Shown: positions 8,077 to 16,983 of the stretch, in pieces
Numbering within the stretch: the first letter of the stretch is position 1
Layout: every line of letters begins with the position of its first letter
Source: an uncultured Oscillospiraceae bacterium
GTDB lineage: Bacteria; Bacillota; Clostridia; Oscillospirales; Oscillospiraceae
Direction: 5' to 3'
Assembly (NCBI GenBank): GCA_934631005.1
Contig: CAKTXA010000010.1
Location: forward strand, 33,745-65,744
Length of the DNA: 32,000 nucleotides
Program-made: the position numbers and the translations under genes
The notes under the pieces: model-generated
Databases searched by the model: none
Told to the model about the DNA's origin: nothing
The model's input: only the letters and a program-made list of their open reading frames with translations

Positions 8077-8451
8077 ATGTTCAGGCGTTTGGCGGCCTTT
8101 GTCATCCCGGCGCTGGCGCTGCTGACGTGCGGTGTGCTGCTGGGGATTTACATCACGCAGACGCGCACGCCGTATACCGTGAGCGTCCAGCGGCCCATTG
8201 CCGTTGAGGCGGACGATGCGCGCGATGCGCAGGACGACGGGCCGAAGCTGCTCGACCTCAACACGGCCACGGCGGAGGATCTGCAGGAGCTGCCGGGCGT
8301 TGGCCCGGCGATCGCGGAGCGCATCATTGCCTATCGCGAGATGTGCGGGCAGTTTCTCGACCCGGAGCAGCTTCTGGAGGTGGACGGCATCGGGCCGTCA
8401 AAATATGAAAAGATCAAGGATCTAGTGACAGCAGTGAGGATAACGCCATGA
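8077..8451 (+). CDS. comEA: ComEA-like helix-hairpin-helix DNA-binding membrane protein
   Basis: An N-terminal TM helix is followed by LDLNTATAEDLQELPGVGPAIAERI and EVDGIGPSKYEKI (two HhH motifs). The start ATG at 8077 was chosen because GGAGGTG lies 6 nt upstream. The listed longer ORF adds an Arg-rich extension. Confidence 0.8.
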   Translation: MFRRLAAFVIPALALLTCGVLLGIYITQTRTPYTVSVQRPIAVEADDARDAQDDGPKLLDLNTATAEDLQELPGVGPAIAERIIAYREMCGQFLDPEQLLEVDGIGPSKYEKIKDLVTAVRITP

Positions 8452-9128
8452 AAATACTGGTCGTAGACGACGAGGCTCTGCTCGTCAAGGGCATTAAATT
8501 CAATCTGGAAAACGACGGCTACACTGTGGTGACCGGCAGCGACGGCGAGCAGGCCGTGGAGCTGGCGGCCGCGGGCGGGATCGACCTGATCGTGCTCGAT
8601 CTGATGATGCCGAAGCTCGACGGGCTGGGCGCGTGCCGCCGCATCCGCGAGTTTTCAAGCGTGCCCATCATCATGCTCACCGCCAAGGCGGACGATATGG
8701 ATAAGCTCATGGGCTTTGAGCACGGGGCGGACGATTATCTGACGAAGCCGTTTAATATTCTGGAGCTCAAGGCGCGCATCCGGGCGCTCTTGCGCCGGGC
8801 AAAGCCCGCCGAAAAGGAGCAGCCGCGCGACGAGCTGCGCTGCGCGCACATCCGGCTGGACTGCACGGCGCGCGACGCGTGGCGCGGCAGCGAGCGCATG
8901 GAGCTGACGGCCAAGGAATTTGACCTGGCGGAGCTGCTCATGCGCAACCCCAACCGCGTTTACTCGCGCGACGCGCTGCTCTCGGCCATCTGGGGCTATG
9001 ACAGCAGCAGCGACATCCGCACCGTGGATGTGCACATCCGCCGCCTGCGCGAAAAGCTGGAGCAGAACCCGGCCGAGCCGGAGCATATTATGACCAAATG
9101 GGGAGTGGGGTACTATTTCCGCTACTAA
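8448..9128 (+). CDS. OmpR/PhoB-family response regulator (WalR/YycF-like sequence)
   Basis: The receiver domain has DD...D (LIVLDLMMP) and K (TKPF). The winged-helix C-terminus reads RTVDVHIRRLREKLE...WGVGYYF. Its ATG overlaps the comEA stop codon in an ATGA arrangement. Confidence 0.9.
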   Translation: MKILVVDDEALLVKGIKFNLENDGYTVVTGSDGEQAVELAAAGGIDLIVLDLMMPKLDGLGACRRIREFSSVPIIMLTAKADDMDKLMGFEHGADDYLTKPFNILELKARIRALLRRAKPAEKEQPRDELRCAHIRLDCTARDAWRGSERMELTAKEFDLAELLMRNPNRVYSRDALLSAIWGYDSSSDIRTVDVHIRRLREKLEQNPAEPEHIMTKWGVGYYFRY

Positions 9129-9135
9129 ACGCCGG

Positions 9136-10560
9136 ATGCTGCTGCCAAGCAGCTCGCAGCTGCGAAACGCGCTGGCCTATGTCGCCATCACGCTGCTGGC
9201 ACTGCTGTTTCTGAATATCTATTCCGCGAGAAACACGCGCACGCTGATGTTTCAGGCCAAGTATGCCGCCGCGCAGGATAAGCTGCAGCCCATCGTGTCC
9301 GCGTTCGGCGGGCTCGACGCGCTGACGGCGGAAAACGTGGAGCAGGTCATCTCCGTTCTGGGCGACCTCAACGTCACGCGCGTCATCGTCACCGACTATG
9401 AGGCGCGCGCGCTGTATGACTCATCCGTGGGGCAGAACTGCGTGGGGCGCTATGTGCTGTTTGAAGAGGTGGCGCAGGCGCTCGGCGGCAACGACGTGTT
9501 TTACTGCGTGTATGACAGCGGCGCGCTGGAGAGCCGCGCGGCCATGCCCGTGCAGTCGGGCGACGTGGCCATCGGCTGCGTATACATGATGGAATACGAC
9601 ACGGCGCAGGGTAAGATCATCGCCGACCTTGAGCGCACGTTCCTGCGCGGCTCGGTCATTCTGGAGGCGGCGATCGTGCTGGCGTCCGTCTGCTTCTCCA
9701 TCATCTCGTCCGGCCGGATGCGCAAGATCCTGACGTCCGTGCGGCTGGCGCGCGAGGGCGAGTATAACTACAAGATCCGTATGCGCGGCTCGGACGAGTT
9801 CGGCAAGCTCGCCGCGGAGTTCAACAAGCTCACCGAGCGCCTGCAGGCCTCGGAAAACGCGCAGCGGCAGTTTGTGTCGGATGCGTCGCATGAGCTGAAA
9901 ACGCCGCTGGCGTCCATCAAGCTGCTGTCCGACTCCATTTTGCAGAACGATATGGACGCCGCCACGATGCGGGAGTTCGTGGCCGACATCGGCAGCGAGT
10001 CCGACCGGCTGACGCGCATGGCGCAGAAGCTGCTCACGCTCAACAAGACCGAGGCCGCCGTGGAGCTGGAGCATGAGGTCGTGGACGCGGAGGAGGTCGT
10101 CTCCCACGTATTCCGGATGCTCATTCCGCTGGCCTCCCGCCGCAAGATCCAGCTGACCGGCGATCTGGAGCACGGATGTCTCGTGCTCTCGGCGGAGGAC
10201 GATCTGTATCAGATCCTCTTTAACCTTGTGGAAAACGGCATCAAGTATAACCGCGACGGCGGGAGCGTGCATGTGACGCTGCGGCGGACGGAGGACGACG
10301 TCACCGTCACCGTGGAGGACACCGGCATGGGCATCCCGCTGGAAGCGCAGGAGCATGTTTTTGAGCGCTTTTACCGCGTAGATAAGGCGCGCTCGCGGCA
10401 GGCGGGCGGCTCGGGACTGGGGCTTTCCATCGTGCGCGAGCTGGTCGCGCGCAACCTCGGCACGATCAGCGTCGCCTCCATCGAGGGCAGCGGCACGCGC
10501 TTTACCGTGGTGCTGCCGTATTTTGATATGGACCGGGAGGGCGGCGACGATGCTTCGTAG
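9136..10560 (+). CDS. Sensor histidine kinase (two TM helices, extracytoplasmic domain, HAMP, HisKA, HATPase_c)
   Basis: The H-box is FVSDASHELKTPL. The N-box is VENGIKYN. The G-boxes are DTGMGIP and GGSGLGLSIV. No cytoplasmic PAS domain is apparent. Confidence 0.88.
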   Translation: MLLPSSSQLRNALAYVAITLLALLFLNIYSARNTRTLMFQAKYAAAQDKLQPIVSAFGGLDALTAENVEQVISVLGDLNVTRVIVTDYEARALYDSSVGQNCVGRYVLFEEVAQALGGNDVFYCVYDSGALESRAAMPVQSGDVAIGCVYMMEYDTAQGKIIADLERTFLRGSVILEAAIVLASVCFSIISSGRMRKILTSVRLAREGEYNYKIRMRGSDEFGKLAAEFNKLTERLQASENAQRQFVSDASHELKTPLASIKLLSDSILQNDMDAATMREFVADIGSESDRLTRMAQKLLTLNKTEAAVELEHEVVDAEEVVSHVFRMLIPLASRRKIQLTGDLEHGCLVLSAEDDLYQILFNLVENGIKYNRDGGSVHVTLRRTEDDVTVTVEDTGMGIPLEAQEHVFERFYRVDKARSRQAGGSGLGLSIVRELVARNLGTISVASIEGSGTRFTVVLPYFDMDREGGDDAS

Positions 10561-11449
10561 GATCACGCTCATCGCGCTGGCTATTTCGCTGGTGCTCTGC
10601 GGCTGCGCCGCCGCGCAGCCGACGTATACGAACCCCATCCGCTTTTACTATGACAGCGCCGAGGTCGCCTACAATCAGCCGGGCGGCACGCTGGCGTATG
10701 AGACGCGCGACCTGCTCAGCCGTCAGATCGCCATCGACGAGATCCTGGCACTGTATTTTGCCGGGCCGCAGGACGAGACGCTCGTCTCGCCGTTCCCGGA
10801 CGGGACGGCCTGCACGGCGATGAGTTTGCAGAGCGGCGTTCTGACCATCACGCTGAACAGCGCCTACGCGCAGCTGACCGGCGCGGCGCGCACGTCCGCC
10901 GCCGCGTGCCTCACGCTCACGCTCACGCAGATCCGCAGCGTGGAGCAGCTGTGCATCGAGACGCCCGACGCCGTGAGCGCCGAGCAGCGGCAGGTGTATT
11001 ACCGCGCGGAGGACTTTATCCTGCGCGACACGTCGGTCACGAACCCGGAGTGGACGGCCACACTTTATTTCTGCCGCGCGGGCGCGCAGCAGCTGCGCGC
11101 GGAAAAGCGCGCCGTGGCCTACCGCGCGCAGAGCGAGCTGCCACAGCTCGTGCTGGAGCAGCTTTTGAAGGGGCCGACGCTGCAGGACCTTGTCAGCCCC
11201 ATCCCGCGCGGCACGCGCTGCGTGGATATGACGCTGTCCGGCGGCGTGTGCAGCGTGGTGCTGTCGGAGGAATTTACCGCATGTGACACCGACGCAGCCT
11301 CCGCCGCGCTGGCGGTGCACGCCCTGACGGCCACGCTCTGCGAGCTGCCGGACGTCGAGAGCGTGCGCGTGTCGGTCATCGGCGTGCAGGACTTCACGAA
11401 TTACAGCATCCTCGAGCCGTTCACACCGGCGGATGATTGGTTTACATAA
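10550..11449 (+). CDS. gerM: Lipoprotein with two GerMN domains (GerM-like sporulation protein)
   Basis: MLRRITLIALAISLVLCGC is a lipobox-type signal. There are two repeats of the GerMN pattern: LYFAGPQDETLVSPFPDGT...TITLNSAY and LLKGPTLQDLVSPIPRGT...SVVLSEEF. The ATG at 10550 overlaps the kinase gene by 11 nt. Confidence 0.7.
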   Translation: MLRRITLIALAISLVLCGCAAAQPTYTNPIRFYYDSAEVAYNQPGGTLAYETRDLLSRQIAIDEILALYFAGPQDETLVSPFPDGTACTAMSLQSGVLTITLNSAYAQLTGAARTSAAACLTLTLTQIRSVEQLCIETPDAVSAEQRQVYYRAEDFILRDTSVTNPEWTATLYFCRAGAQQLRAEKRAVAYRAQSELPQLVLEQLLKGPTLQDLVSPIPRGTRCVDMTLSGGVCSVVLSEEFTACDTDAASAALAVHALTATLCELPDVESVRVSVIGVQDFTNYSILEPFTPADDWFT

Positions 11450-11461
11450 CTGAAGGAAACA

Positions 11462-11502
11462 GAAAAATACGCGCCGCAGTCAACGGACTGCGGCGCGTTT
11501 TG
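11462..11502. terminator. Bidirectional intrinsic terminator between convergent genes
   Basis: A 13-bp perfect stem, ACGCGCCGCAGTC / GACTGCGGCGCGT, closes an AACG loop. It is flanked by an A-run upstream and a T-run downstream. Confidence 0.8.
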
Positions 11503-11507
11503 CGATC

Positions 11508-11717
11508 TTAGAGTTTGAACTCGTCCGGGTCATGCTGCGCCAGCGGCGCGGCGTTCGGGCGCGCGGGGACGCGCTTGAGCGGGTCATACCGAAACTTGCG
11601 GCAGTGATGCTCCACGGGCACCACGCCGTATTTCTGGCAGATCATATGCTCGCCGTCCATCTTCCCGGCGAACTGGCAGTAGGTACAATATCGGTCGATC
11701 TTTCTGCGGAACAGCAT
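11508..11717 (-). CDS. Small Cys-rich protein of unknown function (about 69 aa), putative zinc-binding
   Basis: The sequence is MLFRRKIDRYCTYCQFAGKMDGEHMICQKYGVVPVEHHCRKFRYDPL, containing CxxC plus C and HHC. Codon usage resembles the neighbouring genes. It lies 30 nt downstream of ylbJ on the same strand. Start is ATG at 11717, or GTG at 11720. Confidence 0.55.
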   Translation of the reverse strand: MLFRRKIDRYCTYCQFAGKMDGEHMICQKYGVVPVEHHCRKFRYDPLKRVPARPNAAPLAQHDPDEFKL

Positions 11718-11750
11718 CACGGTGGCCGCCTTTCCTTGTTCTTGCGACTA

Positions 11751-12800
11751 TTATACACGCTTTTCGCGCAGATTTCCAGCCATTACTTTTCGGAAAAGCA
11801 AACAAATCATCCCAACCGCGCAGAGCAGCGCGGCCAGACGCACGGCCTCTGCCCGGCGGCCGAAGAGAAAGCAGGCGGCGGGGCAGCTGATGAGCGCCGC
11901 GAGCAGCCCCTGCAGGAGCTTGCCGCGCAGGTAGCCGCGTGTGCGGAGCCCGGCGTCCTGCATCACGCTCGCGACCTGCGCCGCCACGCCCAGCCCGCCG
12001 AATGCGAGCAGGAACGAGCACAGGACGAACGCCCCCGCGCGCGGCAGCGCCGCCTGCGCGAGCAGCGCCGTACCGCCGCTCAGCTCCAGAACGCCGGAGA
12101 GGAGAATGCGCAGCGCCGCGGGCAGCCCGGCGGGCAGGACGGTATCGAGCGCGCCGGAGAGCACGCGGAACGTCACCACCACGGTGCAGACTGTAAACGA
12201 CACGCTCCCGGCAGCTTTGACCGCCTGCGTGAACGCCGCGGGAAAGGGGAGCGGCGGCGCGGCGGTCTTCTGCGCGCCTTCGGTCGGGCGCGGCGCGCGG
12301 TCGCGCAGGATGCGCCCCAAAAACGCCGCCGAGACGAGCTGGCACAGCCACAGCGCCAGCCCCGCGCCGGCGCTGCCGAAAACGCCCGCGCCCGCCATGG
12401 AAAAGACGAAGCCCGGGCCCGATTGGTTCGCGATCCGCGCCAGATGCTCCGCCTCCGGCGCGGACAGACGGCCTGCGCGATACTCCTGCACCGCACCCTG
12501 CGCCCCGGCGGGATAGCCGCCGAGCAGACCCGTTACAAAAACGGCCGCGCCCTGCGGGCTGACACCGAGCCACCGCGCCAGCGGCCCGCACACGGCGGCG
12601 GCAAGCTTTTGCGTGATCCCCAGCGCGCCGCAAAGGCCCGTGCAGACGAAAAACGGGAACAGCGCCGGGAGCACCGCGCCCGCGCAGAGCGACAGCCCCT
12701 CCGTCACCGCCTGCGCTGCCTGCCGCGGGCATAGCAGCAGAAACGCCGCCCATGCGGCCAGCCCCAGCGCCTGCAGAATGCGCCATGATCTGTGCTTCAT
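11751..12800 (-). CDS. ylbJ: Sporulation integral membrane protein YlbJ (nucleoside-recognition-domain family)
   Basis: It is a polytopic membrane protein containing LSLCAGAVLPALFPFF, GLLGGYPAGA and ANQSGPGF motifs. The start ATG at 12800 is preceded by GAGGTGAGG. The listed ORF extending to 13031 adds a non-protein-like extension. Confidence 0.75.
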   Translation of the reverse strand: MKHRSWRILQALGLAAWAAFLLLCPRQAAQAVTEGLSLCAGAVLPALFPFFVCTGLCGALGITQKLAAAVCGPLARWLGVSPQGAAVFVTGLLGGYPAGAQGAVQEYRAGRLSAPEAEHLARIANQSGPGFVFSMAGAGVFGSAGAGLALWLCQLVSAAFLGRILRDRAPRPTEGAQKTAAPPLPFPAAFTQAVKAAGSVSFTVCTVVVTFRVLSGALDTVLPAGLPAALRILLSGVLELSGGTALLAQAALPRAGAFVLCSFLLAFGGLGVAAQVASVMQDAGLRTRGYLRGKLLQGLLAALISCPAACFLFGRRAEAVRLAALLCAVGMICLLFRKVMAGNLREKRV

Positions 12801-12884
12801 CCGCCTCACCTCGGGACAAACGTATGTCCGGGCGGAAAGAATTAGTCCATCCGGCATAGGATAGAACGAAACGAGGTGGACAGG

Positions 12885-13166
12885 ATGAATTTTGCGAAAA
12901 GAGCTTTGCAGGCCGTGTGCGCGCGGCTGGATCTGCCGGGGGACGCGGCGGGCGCGCCGTGCGTGACGCTGTGCGGGTTTACCGAGTGCAGCGTGGACTG
13001 CCCGTGCGCGATCGTGGAGTATGAGCCGCACGAGATCATCGCCGCGCTGCCGGAGGGCGCGGTGAAGATCGAGGGCACCGCGCTGGAGGTGCGCCAGATG
13101 CGGCGCGACCGGCTGTGCGTCACGGGCAGGATCCGCGCGGTGACGTATCTGGAGGACGGCGTGTAA
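12885..13166 (+). CDS. yqfC: Sporulation protein YqfC
   Basis: It is a 93-aa protein with LDLPGD near the N-terminus and the G.I..V.YLED C-terminal pattern of YqfC. It is followed by yqfD with a TAATG overlap. GAGG lies 7 nt upstream of the ATG. Confidence 0.75.
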   Translation: MNFAKRALQAVCARLDLPGDAAGAPCVTLCGFTECSVDCPCAIVEYEPHEIIAALPEGAVKIEGTALEVRQMRRDRLCVTGRIRAVTYLEDGV

Positions 13167-14362
13167 TGTGGGGCGTTTTGTGGTATGTGCTCGGCTGCTG
13201 CCGCGTGCGCGTGACGGGGGCGAGCGTGCAGTGGGCGCTCAACGAATTTGCCCGCCGCGGCGTCCCCGTGCGGCGCATCGCGTACCTTGACGAGCTGCAT
13301 CTGGAGGCAACGATCCTCGCGCGCGACCTGCCGCGGGCGCGGCTCGCGGCGCAAAAGGCCATGTGCTCGCTGGAGCCGGTGCGCACCTGGGGGCTTTCCA
13401 AAACGCTCGCGCCGTTAAAGCGGCGCTGGGGGCTGTGCGTGGCGCTGCTGCTGCTCGTGCTCGCGGCGGCGGTCCTGCCGCAGTTCGTCTGGTTCTATGA
13501 GGTCAGCGGCAATGAGCGCGTCCCCACGCAGAAAATCCTGCGGGAGCTGGACGCCGTGGGCGTGGGCTTCGGCGCCTACGGACCGTCCATTAAGCCCCAG
13601 GAGGTCAAAAATCAGCTGCTCTGCCGCATCCCGGAGCTGCAATGGCTCACCATCCAGCAGCGCGGCGGCACGGCGGTGGTGGTCGTGCGCGAGCGGCCGG
13701 TGACAGAGCCGGTCAACGACCGGCGCACGCCGCGAAACGTTGTGGCCAGCCGTGCGGGCGTGCTGACGCGCGTGGCGGTGTATGAGGGCGGGAGCCTGTG
13801 CAAGGTGGGCGATGTCGTATCCGCCGGGCAGCTGCTCGTCAGCGGCTATCTCGACTGGGGCTACAAGACGCAGGTCGTGGGGGCGCTGGCGGAAATTTAC
13901 GCCGCGACGTGGCGCAAAAGCTGCACCGTCCTGCCCGATACGGCGCTGCGCAAAACGCCCACGGGCGAGACACGGCGCAGCGTCAGCCTGATCGTCGGGC
14001 GGCGGCGACTGAGCCTGACGGGCTCCACGCGGACGACTGCGGACTGCGATCGCACGACGCGGCGGATACAAATTGCGCTTCCGGGCGGGCATTTGCTGCC
14101 GGTAGCTATTGAAATCAGCGAGCAAAACGTTTATGATACAGAGGAAATGCAGGCGCGCGAGCAGGATGTGCGCGCACTTCTGGAGCAGGACGCCATTCGC
14201 CGCGCCCGGCAGGACATGATCGCCGGGACCATCACCAAAAGCCGCCTGACGCTGCGGCACGAGGGCGGCTGCTGGCGGCTGTATGCGGCACTGGAGTGCG
14301 AGGAGATGATCGCCCGGATGAAAAACGCCGAAATTTTTAAGGATGGGATCACAAATGACTGA
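13166..14362 (+). CDS. yqfD: Sporulation protein YqfD (stage IV sporulation family)
   Basis: The N-terminus MWGVLWYVLGCCRVRVTGASVQWALNEFARRGVPV is followed by one TM helix, a size of about 400 aa, and conserved yqfC-yqfD-phoH synteny. Confidence 0.78.
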   Translation: MWGVLWYVLGCCRVRVTGASVQWALNEFARRGVPVRRIAYLDELHLEATILARDLPRARLAAQKAMCSLEPVRTWGLSKTLAPLKRRWGLCVALLLLVLAAAVLPQFVWFYEVSGNERVPTQKILRELDAVGVGFGAYGPSIKPQEVKNQLLCRIPELQWLTIQQRGGTAVVVVRERPVTEPVNDRRTPRNVVASRAGVLTRVAVYEGGSLCKVGDVVSAGQLLVSGYLDWGYKTQVVGALAEIYAATWRKSCTVLPDTALRKTPTGETRRSVSLIVGRRRLSLTGSTRTTADCDRTTRRIQIALPGGHLLPVAIEISEQNVYDTEEMQAREQDVRALLEQDAIRRARQDMIAGTITKSRLTLRHEGGCWRLYAALECEEMIARMKNAEIFKDGITND

Positions 14363-15362
14363 AAAGACCATCAACGCCGAGCGCGTGGAGTGCTTGATCG
14401 ACGCATTCGGCTCGTTTGACGAGAATATCAAGCGCATCGAATCGGAATTCGGCGTGCGCATCACGAACCGCGGCACGGAGCTGAAGATCCAGGGCGACGA
14501 GGAGGCGGCGGATCAGGGCGCGCGGGCGCTGGAGGCGCTGCTGTCGCTGGCCGCCAAGGGCGAGGATATTGACGAGCAGAAGGTGCGCTACCTCATCTCG
14601 CTCGTCAAGACCGGGAACGAGCACAAGGTCAGCCAGATGGCGAAGGACGTCGTGTGCGTCACCGCGCGCGGCAAGCCCGTGAAGGCCAAGACCATCGGCC
14701 AGCAGAAATATCTGCGCGCCATCGAAAAAAACACCGTGACCATCGGCGTAGGCCCCGCGGGCACGGGCAAGACGTATCTGGCCGTGGCCGAGGCGGTGAA
14801 CGCCTTCCGCGCTAAGAGCGTCAACCGCATCATCCTCACGCGCCCCGCCGTGGAGGCGGGGGAGCGGCTGGGCTTTTTGCCGGGCGACCTGCAGAACAAG
14901 GTCGACCCGTATCTGCGGCCGCTGTATGACGCGCTGTTCGATATGCTGGGGCCGGAGACGTACAACAAATATCTTGAGCGCGGCAACATCGAGGTCGCGC
15001 CGCTGGCGTATATGCGCGGCCGGACGCTGGATGACAGCTTCATCATCCTCGACGAGGCGCAGAACACCACGCGCGAGCAGATGAAAATGTTTTTAACGCG
15101 CCTCGGCTTCGGCTCCAAGATCGTCATCACCGGCGATGTGACGCAGATCGACCTGCCGGCCGACAAGGTCAGCGGCCTGAAGGAGGCCGTGCGCGTGCTC
15201 GAGGGCATGGAGGACATCGCCATCTGCCGCCTGACGGGCGCGGACGTGGTGCGGCACCAGCTCGTGCAGCAAATCGTTGCCGCCTACGAGCGCTTTGAGC
15301 AGGCACATCCGCCGGCACCCGCCGCGCCGGGAAAGAAATTTTCATACACAAAGAGGAAATGA
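14355..15362 (+). CDS. phoH: PhoH-like ATPase (PhoH/YbeZ)
   Basis: Walker A is GPAGTGKT, followed by ILTRPAVEAGERLGFLPGD, the Walker B motif FIILDEAQN, and ITGDVTQIDLP. The start could be 14343 or 14355. Confidence 0.9.
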   Translation: MTEKTINAERVECLIDAFGSFDENIKRIESEFGVRITNRGTELKIQGDEEAADQGARALEALLSLAAKGEDIDEQKVRYLISLVKTGNEHKVSQMAKDVVCVTARGKPVKAKTIGQQKYLRAIEKNTVTIGVGPAGTGKTYLAVAEAVNAFRAKSVNRIILTRPAVEAGERLGFLPGDLQNKVDPYLRPLYDALFDMLGPETYNKYLERGNIEVAPLAYMRGRTLDDSFIILDEAQNTTREQMKMFLTRLGFGSKIVITGDVTQIDLPADKVSGLKEAVRVLEGMEDIAICRLTGADVVRHQLVQQIVAAYERFEQAHPPAPAAPGKKFSYTKRK

Positions 15363-15364
15363 GC

Positions 15365-15862
15365 ATGGAGCATAAGATCGTCATCACCTGCGAACAGCGC
15401 GGGCTGTGGAGCCTGCCGGTCAAAAAGCAGATCCGCACCTGCATCCGCGCGGCGCTGCGGATGGAAAGGATCGCCGCGCCGTGCGAGATCAACGTTTTCA
15501 TCTGCGGCGACGAGACCATCCGCGTGCTCAACCGCGAGAACCGGCAGATCGACCGGGCAACGGACGTGCTGTCGTTCCCGATGTTCGACCTCACGCCCGG
15601 CCAGCCCCCCGAGGACTGGACGGAGTACCGCGACCCCGGCGCGGGCCTTGTGCCGCTGGGCGACATGGCCATCTCCTATGAGCGCGCCTGCGCACAGGCA
15701 AAGGAATTTGGCCACAGCGCCGCGCGGGAGGTCGGGTATCTGACCATCCACTCCGTTTTGCATCTGCTGGGCTACGATCACATGGACGAGGGCGCGATGA
15801 AGCGCCAGATGCGCGCCCACGAGGAGGCCATCCTCGCCGAGGTCGCGCTGCCGAGAGACTGA
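15365..15862 (+). CDS. ybeY: rRNA maturation RNase YbeY
   Basis: It has the HSVLHLLGYDH zinc-binding motif. The RBS AAGAGGA lies 7 nt upstream of the ATG at 15365. An alternative ATG at 15359 overlaps the phoH stop codon. Confidence 0.9.
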   Translation: MEHKIVITCEQRGLWSLPVKKQIRTCIRAALRMERIAAPCEINVFICGDETIRVLNRENRQIDRATDVLSFPMFDLTPGQPPEDWTEYRDPGAGLVPLGDMAISYERACAQAKEFGHSAAREVGYLTIHSVLHLLGYDHMDEGAMKRQMRAHEEAILAEVALPRD

Positions 15863-15874
15863 GAGGATACACAA

Positions 15875-16768
15875 ATGACATCAAAATCTGCCATGATCAC
15901 CATTGCCGGGCGGCCGAACGTCGGCAAATCGACGCTTACGAACGCGCTGGCGGGCGAGAAGATCGCCATCGTTTCCCACAAGCCGCAGACGACGCGCAAC
16001 CGCATCTGCGCCATCGTGAACCGGCAGAACTGCCAGCTCGTATTCGTGGACACGCCGGGCTTCCACCGGCCGCGCACGAAGCTGGGAGACTATATGGTGG
16101 GCGTCGTGCGCCAGTCGGTGGCGGACGTGGACGCCGTCATCCTCATGGTCGAGCCGATCGCGAACGTCGGCGAGCAGGAGCAGGAGCTGCTGGCGCAGAT
16201 CAAAGCAGGCGGCGCGCCGTGTATCCTGGTCATCAACAAGATCGACACCGTGGAAAAAGAGGCGCTGCTGGCGGTGATCGCCGCGTATCAGAGCCGGATG
16301 GACTTTGCCGCCGTGCTGCCCATCAGCGCCAAATGGCGCGACGGCGTGGCGCAGGTTCTGGAGGAGTGCGAAAAATTTGCCCAGCCGGGGCCGCAGTTCT
16401 TCCCGGACGATATGGTCACCGACCAGCCGGAAAAGCAGGTCATGGCCGAGATCATCCGCGAAAAGCTGCTGTGGAACCTCGAACGGGAGATCCCGCACGG
16501 CACGGCCGTGGAGATCACGAAATTCTCCGAGCGGGACGACGGCGTCATCGACCTGGACGCGACCATCTACTGCGAAAAGGCGAGCCACAAGGGCATCATC
16601 ATCGGCAAAAACGGCCAGATGCTCAAAAAGATCAGCACGCAGGCGCGGGCTGACTGCGAAAAATTCATGGGCACGAAGGTCTTTTTGCAGACATGGGTGC
16701 GGGTCAAGGAGAACTGGCGCGACAGCCAGTTCCTCCTCAGCAATTTCGGCTATCGCAGCGACGGCTGA
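15875..16768 (+). CDS. era: GTPase Era
   Basis: G1 is GRPNVGKST, G3 is DTPG and G4 is NKID. A C-terminal KH domain is present (GIIIGKNGQMLK). Confidence 0.93.
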   Translation: MTSKSAMITIAGRPNVGKSTLTNALAGEKIAIVSHKPQTTRNRICAIVNRQNCQLVFVDTPGFHRPRTKLGDYMVGVVRQSVADVDAVILMVEPIANVGEQEQELLAQIKAGGAPCILVINKIDTVEKEALLAVIAAYQSRMDFAAVLPISAKWRDGVAQVLEECEKFAQPGPQFFPDDMVTDQPEKQVMAEIIREKLLWNLEREIPHGTAVEITKFSERDDGVIDLDATIYCEKASHKGIIIGKNGQMLKKISTQARADCEKFMGTKVFLQTWVRVKENWRDSQFLLSNFGYRSDG

Positions 16769-16857
16769 CGCGCACGTGCGAAAACTTCCAGCATAGCATC
16801 CGGCATTTCGACCATCCTAGCTTTGTAACGATCCGTTTTGGATGGGGAGGACGCTTT

Positions 16858-16962
16858 ATGAACGCGGAGCTGCTCTGGGAACTGTTTTGCGACACCGGCG
16901 CGCCGGAGGTCTATCTGCTGTACCGGCAGGCGCTGCGCACGGCGCAGCCTGCTTCGGCGTGA
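16858..16962 (+). CDS. yqzL: YqzL-family small protein (34 aa)
   Basis: MNAELLWELFCDTGAPEVYLLYRQAL matches the W..F..TG....YLL pattern of YqzL. GGGGAGG lies 7 nt upstream of the ATG. It occupies the conserved position between era and recO. Confidence 0.6.
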   Translation: MNAELLWELFCDTGAPEVYLLYRQALRTAQPASA

Positions 16963-16983
16963 CGGCGTACATAGGAGTAAAAA

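Noticed and set aside
11751-13031. A 426-aa version of the ylbJ ORF would start at 13031.
   Set aside because: The first 77 residues are non-membrane Arg/His-rich sequence, and this extension overlaps the divergent yqfC gene. The ATG at 12800 has a strong GAGGTGAGG ribosome-binding site and begins the hydrophobic protein.
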